DNA of 64,000 nucleotides from Gammaproteobacteria bacterium (GCA_965207165.1 OZ242265.1:278415-342414); one strand, 5' to 3'; counted from the first letter of the stretch, positions 1 to 10,057 are shown. Made by a program: numbers and translations. The notes: generated from the letters alone by a model not told the origin.

Positions 1-427
1 TTGACGCGCTTTCAATTTCAAATTCCGCATCCAGTAATAACGACATGGCAGGCAATTCGGATGCCGGGTCGGCGTTGACAATGCTGCCGCCTACCGTGCC
101 CTTGTTTCGCACCTGGAAATGGGAAATGTGCTCGATTGCGTGAACCAGTACCGGTATCCGTTGGCGCAGACCTGCATGCTTTTCCGCAAATCGCTGGGTG
201 GTGGTTGCTTTTACTCTTACGCCGCTCTGCTCATCAACAACAAGATTGGGCTGTTCGACGTTGCTGACATCGATCAGGACACTGGGTGTGGCCAACCTGA
301 AATTCATCGCTGCAATGAGACTTTGTCCACCAGCCAGAATCTTTGCATCGTCTCCATGTTCCTTTAACAGGGTGCACGCGTGTTGTAAATTTTCAGCCCT
401 GTGGTAGTCAAACTTCGCTGGTTTCAT
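1..427 (-). CDS. Xanthine/CO dehydrogenase-family FAD-binding (medium) subunit, CoxM/CutM-like; runs off the left edge of the window
   Basis: Not in the ORF track because it is open at the edge. Manual translation from ATG 427 gives MKPAKFDYHRAENLQHA...KILAGGQSLIAAMNFRLATP...HFQVRNKGTVGGSIVNADPASELP, with the AGGQSL and RNxGTxGG..ADP FAD motifs; it lies directly downstream of coxG. Confidence 0.92.
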   Translation of the reverse strand, partial: MKPAKFDYHRAENLQHACTLLKEHGDDAKILAGGQSLIAAMNFRLATPSVLIDVSNVEQPNLVVDEQSGVRVKATTTQRFAEKHAGLRQRIPVLVHAIEHISHFQVRNKGTVGGSIVNADPASELPAMSLLLDAEFEIESAS

Positions 428-446
428 ATCAGTTAACCTGTAACAG

Positions 447-905
447 TCAGTTTTGCATTGGTTCGAAATGATTCCCCATCTCGTCAATGAAGTTCTTGAA
501 AAACTCCCTGGTCATGTGCTTGGAAACTCCCGTCATGACCCTCCCCCCGATGCCGGCGATCAACCCGCCCACATTAGCATCACAGGACCAACTCATCAAG
601 GTGCCGGCAGCGGCCGGTTCAAGGCGGCAATCTACCTCCATGTTCACAAAACCCGGCTTGCCGGCGCCCTCGGCATTCAAAATGTAATGGTGTGGAAACT
701 CGACGTCGGTAACACGAATTTTTCCTTCATAGTCACCTTTAATTGCCGCCACCCCCAGTGAGAGGGTTACCTTGTACCTGCCGTCTTCAGCGGGCTCCAT
801 GGACTTGCAGCCGGGAATGACCCTGACGAGGATATCAATGTCGTGCAGCGCGCTCCATACCTGTGCAACGTCGTACGGGAGTTCGGTACGACCCTCAAGT
901 TTCAA
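447..905 (-). CDS. coxG: CoxG-like SRPBCC protein
   Basis: VWSALHDIDILVRVIPGC...LGVAAIKGDYEG...VGGLIAGIGGR pattern; adjacent to the CoxM-like gene. Confidence 0.85.
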   Translation of the reverse strand: MKLEGRTELPYDVAQVWSALHDIDILVRVIPGCKSMEPAEDGRYKVTLSLGVAAIKGDYEGKIRVTDVEFPHHYILNAEGAGKPGFVNMEVDCRLEPAAAGTLMSWSCDANVGGLIAGIGGRVMTGVSKHMTREFFKNFIDEMGNHFEPMQN

Positions 906-935
906 ATTGTTTTCCTCAGATAAATATCAACCTCT

Positions 936-2651
936 TTAAAATGTAAACTTTAACTCGGTGAACAGCGAATCATTTCTCTGGAATTCGCCAAAGAATGAAT
1001 CCGGATTGCCGGAAATAACGTTGATACCGACACGGGCAGTGAACTGGGCGTTAAAATTATAGCCGACAAGGCCGCGGAACCACGTTGCGCGCTGACGATG
1101 TCCGAACTCATGCAAGCCGAACAATTCCACGTGCAGCGTCTTGCCCGGGAGAAAGTCATTGAACATGAACAGGGTTGCGACATGGCGCGTCCGGTCACGC
1201 AGGCCGTTAAATGCATTTGATTCGCCCCCGATGATGTATCCTGACTCGCCACAGTATCGTTGCGCCGCACAGGCCACCGTACCCAGCGAGGTAAACTGGC
1301 CGGGTGTCGGGTCGCGCAGGATCTCGTCACGCCAGATCTGGGCCGATACAAACCATGGTGTCTTGAACAGGGTCCTGGGACCGATATACAGATATTGGTC
1401 CAGACCTATCAGGGCGGTAACACTGTCGGCCGTGACTGTCTCAATGTCCGGCTCGTAGAAGCGTTGTCCGAAATTGTAGACGAGTTCGCCGCGCATCACC
1501 GTGCCCGCAAACTGGCCGGGCAGGAACTCCAGGGCCTTGTCAAAGGATGCGCCAAGCAAATCATAACGGTGGCGGGTAAAATCGATGCCGCCACCAAACC
1601 CAGCCCTCGGTCCGGCAATTTGGACAGCAAAATTGGTAGCCGCTTGCGGAAGTCGATTTCCAAGAGTGTAAAATGGAATGTCCTCGAACAGGTGTCCGTA
1701 ATGGAACGAATAGGTCATATCCGAAAATGGACCTAAACCGCCACCCGTGCGTGCGCGCCAGCGCACGAAGACTTCGGATTTGTCGAAAGCATCGCCTTCA
1801 TCCCATGCATAGTTGTCGAAGAAATCCGGTTCCTGGAACAGTCCTTCGGATACATTGATGACCTGGTCCGCGAAATCGACGACAGCCAGGGTGTAGGGAT
1901 GTTGCGCTTCTTCTTCATGACGAAAACCGGGGAAACGGGCCGGCGTGTAGTCCCAGTTCCAGATTACCTGCAACTCCTTGGTGATGCCGCCCGGAAGCCA
2001 GTCTACCCTGGACAGGTCATACTTTATGTTCACCATGTCCTGCGGGATCATGAAGCGCTCCTGCTCGAAGGTCAGCGGGTTGCGGAAGTTGCGCGGCGTT
2101 ACGACATCAAGTACGGTCACGCCGTCGGAACGGCCCCAGGTCACTATCTGCCGCCCCGCCCGTATATGCAACGGATGGTAATTGATATCCAGGTAGGCTT
2201 CCCGGACCAGGGGATCCCACTTGTCGTGGAGGCCGTCCTTGAAGTTGGTCTCCCAGTTCTTGGCGATAGAGCTGTCTTTATCTTCGATGTCATACATCCC
2301 GTCATAGTAACCACGGAGTTTTAACACCGGTGTTATATGCTTGATGCCCTTGTATACCATCTCAACGCTCAGTTCGGTACGAAGCGCGTTGACCGTATCG
2401 TAGTCCGACCGGTTGCTCGGAGTACCGAGTGCACCCGGCCCGAGTAAGACGCCAGGGGCAACTGCGAGGGCAAACTCCCTGGCCTGGTCAGGCTTGCCGC
2501 CTATGCGAAAATCACCCAGTACGAAGACCTCTCCACTAATCTCAAGGTCGCCAAATTCATATCGGGCAGAACTTTCAGCCGACCACCCCAACAGCGCTAC
2601 GGCAACAATCGATAACAAGGTGGTGATATAACGTCGATTTGAATTGATCAT
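936..2651 (-). CDS. DUF1302-like outer-membrane beta-barrel protein
   Basis: Signal peptide, REAYLD..LHIRAGRQIVTWGRSDG..VLDVVTP motif, C-terminal aromatic strand ELKFTF. GGAGG RBS precedes ATG 2651 (track start 2744). Confidence 0.8.
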   Translation of the reverse strand: MINSNRRYITTLLSIVAVALLGWSAESSARYEFGDLEISGEVFVLGDFRIGGKPDQAREFALAVAPGVLLGPGALGTPSNRSDYDTVNALRTELSVEMVYKGIKHITPVLKLRGYYDGMYDIEDKDSSIAKNWETNFKDGLHDKWDPLVREAYLDINYHPLHIRAGRQIVTWGRSDGVTVLDVVTPRNFRNPLTFEQERFMIPQDMVNIKYDLSRVDWLPGGITKELQVIWNWDYTPARFPGFRHEEEAQHPYTLAVVDFADQVINVSEGLFQEPDFFDNYAWDEGDAFDKSEVFVRWRARTGGGLGPFSDMTYSFHYGHLFEDIPFYTLGNRLPQAATNFAVQIAGPRAGFGGGIDFTRHRYDLLGASFDKALEFLPGQFAGTVMRGELVYNFGQRFYEPDIETVTADSVTALIGLDQYLYIGPRTLFKTPWFVSAQIWRDEILRDPTPGQFTSLGTVACAAQRYCGESGYIIGGESNAFNGLRDRTRHVATLFMFNDFLPGKTLHVELFGLHEFGHRQRATWFRGLVGYNFNAQFTARVGINVISGNPDSFFGEFQRNDSLFTELKFTF

Positions 2652-2688
2652 GCCTGTTTCCTCCAATATAAGATTTACAATAACCCCA

Positions 2689-5244
2689 TCATGATGCGCA
2701 CTCCGCGCTAACCGAGTCGGATATGACCGTGCGAGCACGATCATCTTTCATCTGGGATCCTCCCCCCCTGTCTTCCAGATCCAGTCCACGTGTCAGAAAG
2801 CCGGGTCGAAGCAGACTCCATACTACCGGGGCTGCGAAGAAGCTGAACAGAAACGTGGTAAGCAGGATAAGCGCCATGCTGAAACCAACGTACCCAACGT
2901 AGAGCGGGACTATGGAGACCGCCAGACAACCGGTAAAAAGTGCAGTAAACGAAAAGATCAAAGGCTCCCGGACCAGCGTAAAGGCGTCAAACAGAGCCCG
3001 TTTAAAATTTCCATCTTTCGGGAATTCTTCACGAAAACGGTACAGAAGATAGACTTCTGCATCAATCCCGACACCGCTTGCGATAGCCAGTGCCGCGGTA
3101 ACATTTGAATTGAATTCGATCCCGATCAGGTGTATCAGGAACATCCAGATCAGGATACCTATAGCCAGTGGGAACATCAGGAGCACGGGGGCTATTACGG
3201 ATCGCAGCATCAAGGCGGCTGCGATAAACGATGCCAATGCGCTGAACAAAGTCGCAAGCACCATCCATTTCTTGATGGAACGGTTGAATGCATCCGCGAT
3301 ACCGACATTGCCGGCCGCCAGCTCCAACTCAACGTTCAGGGCTTCGGCGTCCCAGTTTGCCGCGACATAGTCGTTCGCCCGTTGGATCAACGCCGCCACG
3401 GTACCCGGGCTGGTATCCCGCACGAAGGCAATTATTGCCGTGTTGCGGTACTCCGGGCCAACAACAAAGTCAAACGCGCCAGGCGTACCTCCCGTCAGGA
3501 AGTAGATTGCTTCATTAACTGCCATCTGCGCCCGGCCTTCAGTCGGGATACTGAAATGCTCGTCCTGGTCCTCATTCAGAAAGCGGTTCATGATCTTTAT
3601 GTAAAAGGGCAGGCCCACGACTGCCGACACCTCTTCCGCCTCGGCCAGGTGCCGGGAAAGTTCATCCATGGCAACCAGTGCCTCCGGGGTTTTGGCGTCC
3701 CCGGGATTTTTCCCTTTCGCAAGAATGGCGAGCGTGTAGACGCCACCGAATAACCGGGTGATCTCCTGTTCCATCTCGTAGAGTTCATTGCCTTCCCAGG
3801 ATCTGGTCAGGTAGTTATGTACGGCATACGTATTGTTCTGGCCGGTGCTGATCTCAGTGGCGAGAAAACGTCCGATTGCAGTATCCTTGGCCACGGGTAT
3901 TGACTGCCAGATACTCAACGAGATGACCACGACAAAACCGGTCAGGCAGATCACGGTCCATTGTACGGTGGAGTTGTAAATGAGCGGCCGCACCATGACA
4001 GCGGTTGTTCTGTAGATTAACCCGCGCTGTGTCTTACGTCCTACCTGGGCGTATTCCATGGCCTTGCTTGTGCTCGCAGCAGGCATGTATGACAGCAGCG
4101 CGACGAGGAATGTCGGAACGATGACAATGATCGCAAGCAACCCGAAGGCAGTGACCTGACCCAGGACCCGGACATTGTCGAAAGGAACAAACGAGAGTAC
4201 GACAAATGCCATCAGGTCGGTACAGAGCACGACTATCAACGGGCGGGTCATGTGAATGAGTGTCTGTTCCAGTGCCTCCGGTACCGAACGAACTCCGTCC
4301 AGCTCATCGGTCAGCAGGCGTTTGATAAACAATACGCTGTGAGAAGCCGCTACTGCCAGAATGATGAAAGGCGCAATCAGTGCGGCTGATGAAGTAAGCA
4401 CTTCACCTTCAAAAACACGCTGAAATGCAAAGGCCCAGATCGAAGCCATTATTCCTACGCAAAGTGGTGGAAGAACGCCTACGACTGACCTGAATGCAAA
4501 AATCAATACGATCGCTATTACCGTTACCACCAGAATGAAGGCGCCCAGGATATAGGGCAGGCCATCACTGTTAACCCATCCAATCAGAATAGGGGAACCG
4601 GCTGCCGTAACGTCATGCGTCTCGTCGTTTTCCGCGCCTATGATTCTCTGCACTTCCTTGTAGATGGCAATCGGGTCCGTTACAGGCAGTTCAAGTCCCT
4701 CACGGACATCCTGCAACCCGGTCCTGAAGTCTGCCTGTATTATGACTGCTGACCAGTCTTTGGATACCAGAGCGCCCTTCAGCGCGGCGTTGTTTTCAAT
4801 CCCGAAACGCACCCGCGCAAGTTCTTCCGCCGTTTCGGGCGCGCGGTTCGGGTTATCAAACAGGATACTCGCATCAAGCACCTCTGCAGTGCCTTTCAGG
4901 TAGCGTGAATTAATGGTGGAAAGTGAGCGGATTGCATAAGGAATTACACCATGCACCTCCTCGAGCTGGTCGGTAATTCTCTTTATTTTTGCCAGTGTAT
5001 CCGCCTGTACGATGCTCTCCCCATCCTTGCGCGAAACCATGATGGTTACCAGGTTCGCGCCCCCGAACTTGCGTTGCAGTTCTTCATTGAGCACGACAGA
5101 GGGATCATCATCAGGCGGCCAGCGGTTCGGGTCGTCGTAAATCTTTAGCCCGGACGCGATATACGCAGAGCCCGCTGTGACGATCAATGTCACAACGAGC
5201 ATCACGGCGCGATAACGAACCAGAAATGAAGACAGACGTTCCAT
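2689..5244 (-). CDS. MMPL/RND-superfamily transporter (851 aa)
   Basis: Two repeats of one TM helix + large periplasmic loop + 5 TM helices; GVGIDAEVYLLYRFREE motif; sits between DUF1302-like and DUF1329-like genes. Confidence 0.9.
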   Translation of the reverse strand: MERLSSFLVRYRAVMLVVTLIVTAGSAYIASGLKIYDDPNRWPPDDDPSVVLNEELQRKFGGANLVTIMVSRKDGESIVQADTLAKIKRITDQLEEVHGVIPYAIRSLSTINSRYLKGTAEVLDASILFDNPNRAPETAEELARVRFGIENNAALKGALVSKDWSAVIIQADFRTGLQDVREGLELPVTDPIAIYKEVQRIIGAENDETHDVTAAGSPILIGWVNSDGLPYILGAFILVVTVIAIVLIFAFRSVVGVLPPLCVGIMASIWAFAFQRVFEGEVLTSSAALIAPFIILAVAASHSVLFIKRLLTDELDGVRSVPEALEQTLIHMTRPLIVVLCTDLMAFVVLSFVPFDNVRVLGQVTAFGLLAIIVIVPTFLVALLSYMPAASTSKAMEYAQVGRKTQRGLIYRTTAVMVRPLIYNSTVQWTVICLTGFVVVISLSIWQSIPVAKDTAIGRFLATEISTGQNNTYAVHNYLTRSWEGNELYEMEQEITRLFGGVYTLAILAKGKNPGDAKTPEALVAMDELSRHLAEAEEVSAVVGLPFYIKIMNRFLNEDQDEHFSIPTEGRAQMAVNEAIYFLTGGTPGAFDFVVGPEYRNTAIIAFVRDTSPGTVAALIQRANDYVAANWDAEALNVELELAAGNVGIADAFNRSIKKWMVLATLFSALASFIAAALMLRSVIAPVLLMFPLAIGILIWMFLIHLIGIEFNSNVTAALAIASGVGIDAEVYLLYRFREEFPKDGNFKRALFDAFTLVREPLIFSFTALFTGCLAVSIVPLYVGYVGFSMALILLTTFLFSFFAAPVVWSLLRPGFLTRGLDLEDRGGGSQMKDDRARTVISDSVSAECAS

Positions 5245-5282
5245 AAGATAGCGTCAGTTCCGGATTGGAAGTGCGTATTGAA

Positions 5283-6476
5283 TTATTCCCAGAACAGTAT
5301 TTTTCGAACCGGCTCTTTACTGAGGTTGTCAAGACTCACGATGTCACGGGGCATCTCGTCGTAATTGATCCAGAACGTGTTCATATACCAGTCCATCCTG
5401 AATCCGCTCTTGGGATCATAGAAGTACTCACCCGCCCAGATCATCTGCCAGTCTTCAATCGGATCATTGCCATTCTGCAGGCGCGGGTCGGTATTTGCTA
5501 CCGCTCTCCGGTTTACGCGCTGGCGGGTCAGCTCTCCGTTTGAATCGAAGGTCTCCTCATACCAGCTGCTGCCCGTCTTTATCCCGATGATGCGGCGCTG
5601 CTTGGCATACCAGTAAGATTTTGAGTGTGGCGTCAACTCAAGTATGTAGGCAGGTTCGCAGACACCGTCCAGGCCGACGTTGACTTTTTCACCCTTGGTC
5701 TCCGTCGTAAATCCCATAGTTCCATCAGGTTGCCCGCCGTACAGCGTGTACCCGACTACCTCGTAATCGATGTCGGGAAAGGGCTTGACCTGTGGAAAGT
5801 CTTCCCAGCGCACGATAGTGCCGGGAATGATGTCCTGGCGCGCCGCCTGCGGCAGACGGCGAACGCGTCGCGCTGCGGGTAAATAGAGGAACTCGTCGTT
5901 AAAATCTTCACCGTAGTAGATCGTCGTGGACATGCCGAGCCCGCGGAAGTCGTTGGGCGCCACGAATGTAAACATATACTGGGCCCGCACCTTGTCGACC
6001 AGACTTTTCGGGATCCCGTCCTGGTTCAACCGGTAAGCGACCATCCATTCGAACAGGCGCTTGTCACGTATGGTGCCGTTCGGGGAGATAAGGTCGATGG
6101 ACCATTCCGTGATGTAATTATCTCCGAATTCATTGAAGTAAAGCGCCGTGTAGGAGCGGTCATGAATTTCGCGCCCATCCTGCTTGACGCGTTCTTCTAC
6201 CGATATTTCCCACGGATAGGGCAGGCCCGCTTGTGTCCAGCGGTCATAAATGTTGGGCCCAATCTCTGCATAGGAAGAGTTATGCCAGGGCTGTGGTTTC
6301 CAATTCACCGTCTCATCACCCCATTTACAGACGTATGTGCCGGGCTCCGTGCCGGGGCTGACTGAGTATTCCTTGCCCAAAATCATTTCTGCGGCGAGCG
6401 ACCCCGGAAACAGGTAAAACGACAGGAGCAACAGAATGGTTGAGAATATGGGGAACACGCGGTTCATAGATTTCAT
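5283..6476 (-). CDS. Periplasmic LolA-like / DUF1329 'outer membrane lipoprotein-sorting' protein
   Basis: Signal peptide; FVAPNDFRGLG and FLYLPAARRVRRL...PGT..WEDF motifs. GGAGG RBS precedes ATG 6476. Confidence 0.8.
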   Translation of the reverse strand: MKSMNRVFPIFSTILLLLSFYLFPGSLAAEMILGKEYSVSPGTEPGTYVCKWGDETVNWKPQPWHNSSYAEIGPNIYDRWTQAGLPYPWEISVEERVKQDGREIHDRSYTALYFNEFGDNYITEWSIDLISPNGTIRDKRLFEWMVAYRLNQDGIPKSLVDKVRAQYMFTFVAPNDFRGLGMSTTIYYGEDFNDEFLYLPAARRVRRLPQAARQDIIPGTIVRWEDFPQVKPFPDIDYEVVGYTLYGGQPDGTMGFTTETKGEKVNVGLDGVCEPAYILELTPHSKSYWYAKQRRIIGIKTGSSWYEETFDSNGELTRQRVNRRAVANTDPRLQNGNDPIEDWQMIWAGEYFYDPKSGFRMDWYMNTFWINYDEMPRDIVSLDNLSKEPVRKILFWE

Positions 6477-6615
6477 GAGATACCCTCCAAATTTAAACAA
6501 CTGAATTAATAAAAATTCATCGTGAAAACCGGGCTCATACACAGACTGCCCCGGCATTCAAGCCAGGCTCATCGCATATTTTTTACTTGTTTCGGCGTGT
6601 CGGTGAGCTTATTCA

Positions 6616-6668
6616 TCGAATCGTTTATATTTTCGTACATAGTAACGTTTCTAATTTCTGCAACGCAA
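6616..6668 (-). promoter_or_regulatory. Sigma70-like promoter (TTGCGT-N18-TACTAT) with LacI-type operators at 6640-6653 and 6616-6629
   Basis: TAGTAACGTTTCTA (6640-6653) and TCGAATCGTTTATA (6616-6629). Bases 6639-6658 are the exact reverse complement of 9945-9964. Confidence 0.8.
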
Positions 6669-6757
6669 GCATTTTCGACCGGGATATCGCATGTAACAGT
6701 TAATTTTTCCCGATGCATGTCTGGAAGTTATCCCGGAAAAGCGATAAATAATCAGAT

Positions 6758-7810
6758 TTACGATAATCGTTTCTCCCCGGTACATGCTTCTCCCGGCCCG
6801 GTGCTGGATTCGCGTACCATCACTTCAACGGGATGGGGTTCCAGCAGTTCCGGCGTTTGTTTGCCCTGTGTCATGGCGATCAACAGCTTTGCTGCGCTCA
6901 TACCCATCTCATAGGCAGGTTGGCGCACTGTGGTAAGCCGCGGGGTCAGCAACTGCGCAGTAGGAATATCGTCAAAACCGACAATACTGACATCCCCCGG
7001 TACGTGTATCGTATTCGACCGGCAATACTCCAGGGCGCCTATAGCCATCAGATCATTGGCGCATATCAGTGCGGTAGGGCGTTCAGGCTCAGGCACGTTG
7101 AGAAGTATTTCGGCAAGTTTATAACCGGTGTCCATCTGGTAATCGCCTGTCTGTATGTTCATCTCGTCGGGATCTATGCCGCCCATCGCCAGGCCTTCAC
7201 GGTAACCGGATAAACGCTGTTCCGATGTCCAGTGGGTGACAGGGCCGGCAATACAGGCAAATCGCTTATGTCCGAGTTCAACAAGATGGGTAGCTATCTC
7301 CCTGGCGCCGCGTCGACCGTCGGCAACAACGGCTGGAAGTTCCAGGCCCGGAAAACGCTCGTCAACCAGGACGACCGGCCCGAGTGACTGCAGTTCCAGG
7401 AGAGACCGGGGGGATTCCTGGAAGCCGCTTTCATAAATGACGCCGTCCACCCGTTTACTGCGCAGCAACCTGGCATTGCCGAATTCCGCTTCTTCGGTGT
7501 TTTCCGCGCTGCACAGCACCACGAGCGTATCGTGCATCGCTGCCGCCTTTACCACACCGCGGGCGAGCTGGCTGAAGAACTGGTTCACCAGGTCGGGGAC
7601 AACAAGACCGATGGTTGACGCCGACTGCCGTTTCAGGTTGCGCGCCGATTCGTTGGGAGTGTAATCCAGGGCCCGGATCGCGTTCAGAACGCGCGTCTTG
7701 CGCGCTTCGCTTACCTGCCCCCTGTTGTTCAGGACGTAGCTGACTGTGCTGACCGAGACCTGGGCCTGCTCAGCCACGTCTTTCATCGTGGGGCGAACTT
7801 GCTGCTTCAT
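6758..7810 (-). CDS. LacI-family transcriptional regulator
   Basis: HTH TMKDVAEQAQVSVSTVSYVLN, hinge YTPNESARNL, and sugar-binding domain with IVGFDD...LTTVRQP. Confidence 0.97.
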   Translation of the reverse strand: MKQQVRPTMKDVAEQAQVSVSTVSYVLNNRGQVSEARKTRVLNAIRALDYTPNESARNLKRQSASTIGLVVPDLVNQFFSQLARGVVKAAAMHDTLVVLCSAENTEEAEFGNARLLRSKRVDGVIYESGFQESPRSLLELQSLGPVVLVDERFPGLELPAVVADGRRGAREIATHLVELGHKRFACIAGPVTHWTSEQRLSGYREGLAMGGIDPDEMNIQTGDYQMDTGYKLAEILLNVPEPERPTALICANDLMAIGALEYCRSNTIHVPGDVSIVGFDDIPTAQLLTPRLTTVRQPAYEMGMSAAKLLIAMTQGKQTPELLEPHPVEVMVRESSTGPGEACTGEKRLS

Positions 7811-7819
7811 GCGAAGACG

Positions 7820-8587
7820 CTATCCCCCTGCGGCCCAGGATACGATGGATGACCAGAGTTTGGCGTAATGGGGCCAGTTCACAAACTCGGGCGGGGCCCA
7901 GTGCGGGGCCACGTCGGAAGCAAAAGCCACGCTGCGGCCACTACCGAATTCTCCTGCCACAAGCAGCGGGTCGTCGCCGGATGCCGCAATCACCGTGGTT
8001 CCGGGTTTGGCTTTTAGTTGATTGTAGCCGAGCAGTATCGGCCAGTCGGCAGGCGTACCGCCGAGCGCCGTGTGATCAGGGTTGGGGAATGTTGCAACCA
8101 GGCCCTCAGGGACCTCAACCCTGTCATCACGGTCCAGCATCGTGACGGGAAGCACCCGGGCCAGCGGGCTGGCCTGGTAACGCGCCCGGCCGTCGATACC
8201 GGAGAATGACATATAGCCCCCGGCCATAAGCAGGCCGCCTCCGCCTTCGACATAGTCCGCCAGCAGGACCAGGCGGTTTGTCGTGCGTTCCGAGCGCTGG
8301 AAGGTTTCATCGCACAGCAGGAAGGAGTTGGACCCGATATCGCTGAGAATGACGACATCAAAGGTGTCGAGTTCTTCCCTGGTTACGGGGAAACGGCTGG
8401 ATACTTCGTGCGCCCGTATATACGTAACCTTGTACCCGGCAGCTTCCAGAGCAGCGAGGAAAACCCCGGCGCCTTCCTCGTATTCAGTCGTATGAAACTG
8501 GTCGAACCCCTTCAGGTGCACCGTGTGCTTAATCCAGGACTCACCTACTACCAATACACTGAGAGGAGAATTCGTATCTGAATTCAT
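7820..8587 (-). CDS. Class I glutamine amidotransferase-like protein (DUF1355/GATase1-like)
   Basis: LVVGESW..HLKGFDQF, DVVILSDIGSNSFLL, GGGLLMAGGYMSFSGIDG and SDVAPHW motifs. Confidence 0.85.
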   Translation of the reverse strand: MNSDTNSPLSVLVVGESWIKHTVHLKGFDQFHTTEYEEGAGVFLAALEAAGYKVTYIRAHEVSSRFPVTREELDTFDVVILSDIGSNSFLLCDETFQRSERTTNRLVLLADYVEGGGGLLMAGGYMSFSGIDGRARYQASPLARVLPVTMLDRDDRVEVPEGLVATFPNPDHTALGGTPADWPILLGYNQLKAKPGTTVIAASGDDPLLVAGEFGSGRSVAFASDVAPHWAPPEFVNWPHYAKLWSSIVSWAAGG

Positions 8588-8654
8588 ATCGACTATCCCT
8601 CCATTTGCTTGCCTGAAGCAGCCGTTTTACCGGTATCAAGCGGGGTTGATTGTG

Positions 8655-9176
8655 TCAAAGCAACCGGTCGGTCACGGATTCGGGCAGGACCAGGGCTTCC
8701 GGCACCTGTGGGAGTGCGATCTCCCGCATGTCCCAACCGACCATTTTTTCCGCGATCAATTCATAAACCTTTCTGCCCGAGGCGACGCGGTATTTAAAAT
8801 AGTTTTCGGCATAAGGATGGCCGGTGTAAAAATACTTTTCAAATACCAGTTCGTCGACCAGGTCCACCAGTTCCGGATCTGTCACCTGTGTCATGGTCCC
8901 GTGGATGCGCACGCCGTGAACCGTCGCGTACTCGTCACCGGAATCGACAAGGCCGGTCAAAGGCCTTCCTGCCTGAACATTGTCCGCGTGGCGCCCGGCG
9001 GCATCGACCGGCAGCAGAATCCGTTTATCGTGTACGACATAGAATAACGGGGACATATAGATTGACCCGTCTTCGTTTGTAGTTGCGAGCCGGATGGTTT
9101 TCTGGCGGGACAGGTAGGCCCAGCGTTTATTGCCGCGCAGGGGCAGGAAGGTGCTGGGAGTTATTTCTTGACTCAT
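8655..9176 (-). CDS. Pyridoxamine 5'-phosphate oxidase-like (split beta-barrel flavin-binding) protein
   Basis: IRLATTNEDGSIYMSPLFY...LVDSGDEYATVHGVRIHG pattern; GGAG RBS before ATG 9176. Confidence 0.8.
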   Translation of the reverse strand: MSQEITPSTFLPLRGNKRWAYLSRQKTIRLATTNEDGSIYMSPLFYVVHDKRILLPVDAAGRHADNVQAGRPLTGLVDSGDEYATVHGVRIHGTMTQVTDPELVDLVDELVFEKYFYTGHPYAENYFKYRVASGRKVYELIAEKMVGWDMREIALPQVPEALVLPESVTDRLL

Positions 9177-9177
9177 G

Positions 9178-9642
9178 TTATTTTCCTCCGTTACGCAGGG
9201 ATCTGAGTTCTTCGCTGAACTCGGGAGCTTCAACCAGGCCGTAACGCGGTGACGGGCCGCTGGTCCAGAAAAACACGGTTTTTACACCGGTCGCTTCGAG
9301 GGTGTATTTGTATCCACCCGGCAGGTAGATGTGCTCGCCGGCCCCGGCTTCCAGGTAGACGACACGACCCTCGGCGTCTTCGACCTTGAGACGGATTTTC
9401 CCCTCCAGGCAGTAGTGTGATTCATCGAAATTTGCCTGGTCCCAGTGATAATCATCGTGGTCAGGTTCCTGGTAACAATACCCATGGCGAAAGTGGCGCG
9501 CATCGTCGCGTTCCTGGGAGACGAAGATATTGGTTCCAATGCCTTTCGCAAACGGTAACCTGGGCATGGCATGGATTTCTTCCGGGTTGATGACGCGCGG
9601 GTATCTCATCGAGGCGTCGTCGTAGAGGCTGTAGCTGGTCAT
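9178..9642 (-). CDS. Cupin-fold protein (EutQ/DUF861-like)
   Basis: DESHYCLEGKIRL...AGEHIYLPGG cupin motifs; GGAGG RBS before ATG 9642. Confidence 0.7.
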   Translation of the reverse strand: MTSYSLYDDASMRYPRVINPEEIHAMPRLPFAKGIGTNIFVSQERDDARHFRHGYCYQEPDHDDYHWDQANFDESHYCLEGKIRLKVEDAEGRVVYLEAGAGEHIYLPGGYKYTLEATGVKTVFFWTSGPSPRYGLVEAPEFSEELRSLRNGGK

Positions 9643-9665
9643 TATTGTTCCTCCGATAGCGGGTA

Positions 9666-9847
9666 AATAATCGTTTCTTGTCGTCCCCTGCAAAGCGAGG
9701 CGGCGTGTTGAAAATCAAGCCGGATTATTGCTGCGAAGGGCAACTATATTCGTTTATACCCTAAACCAGGTTTATATACCCGTCAAGCAGATTTTTCCAG
9801 TTTATTCAAGGCGTAGCCTGCAGTATATAGGTTTATAATCGTTTATC
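9666..9847 (-). promoter_or_regulatory. Leftward promoter TTGACG-N17-TAGGGT with LacI-type operator copies at 9745-9758, 9666-9679 and 9834-9847
   Basis: -35 at 9786-9781 and -10 at 9763-9758. Plus-strand sites TATATTCGTTTATA, AATAATCGTTTCTT and TATAATCGTTTATC share the CG-centred motif. Confidence 0.65.
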
Positions 9848-9935
9848 CGCCGGCCGGCAAATTACCTTTGACACCGCAGTGCCGCAGAAAGTCAAGCTTG
9901 CATCGGAAGTTGTCTTTTTTGAGGTTCACAGCAAG

Positions 9936-9964
9936 TTGACCTTGGAAATTAGAAACGTTACTAT
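9936..9964 (+). promoter_or_regulatory. Sigma70 promoter TTGACC-N17-TACTAT with overlapping LacI-type operator TAGAAACGTTACTA (9950-9963)
   Basis: Near-consensus hexamers with a 17-bp spacer; 20-bp identity with the site at 6639-6658. Confidence 0.85.
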
Positions 9965-10057
9965 CCTCCGCTGTGAACATATGAGCAGCGGGCTGATTCA
10001 TATCAGCGCACGAGACATAGCAAAACGATTAGCGGCATACATTGCAAGAGGATAGAA

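Noticed and set aside
1-905. Aerobic CO dehydrogenase
   Set aside because: CoxG and CoxM-like subunits are shared by many Mo-hydroxylases; the diagnostic large subunit is outside the window.
10020-10033. GCAAAACGATTAGC, a weak extra operator, or a riboswitch in the NAMPT leader
   Set aside because: The flanks deviate from the consensus, and the short leader has no riboswitch structure I can recognise.
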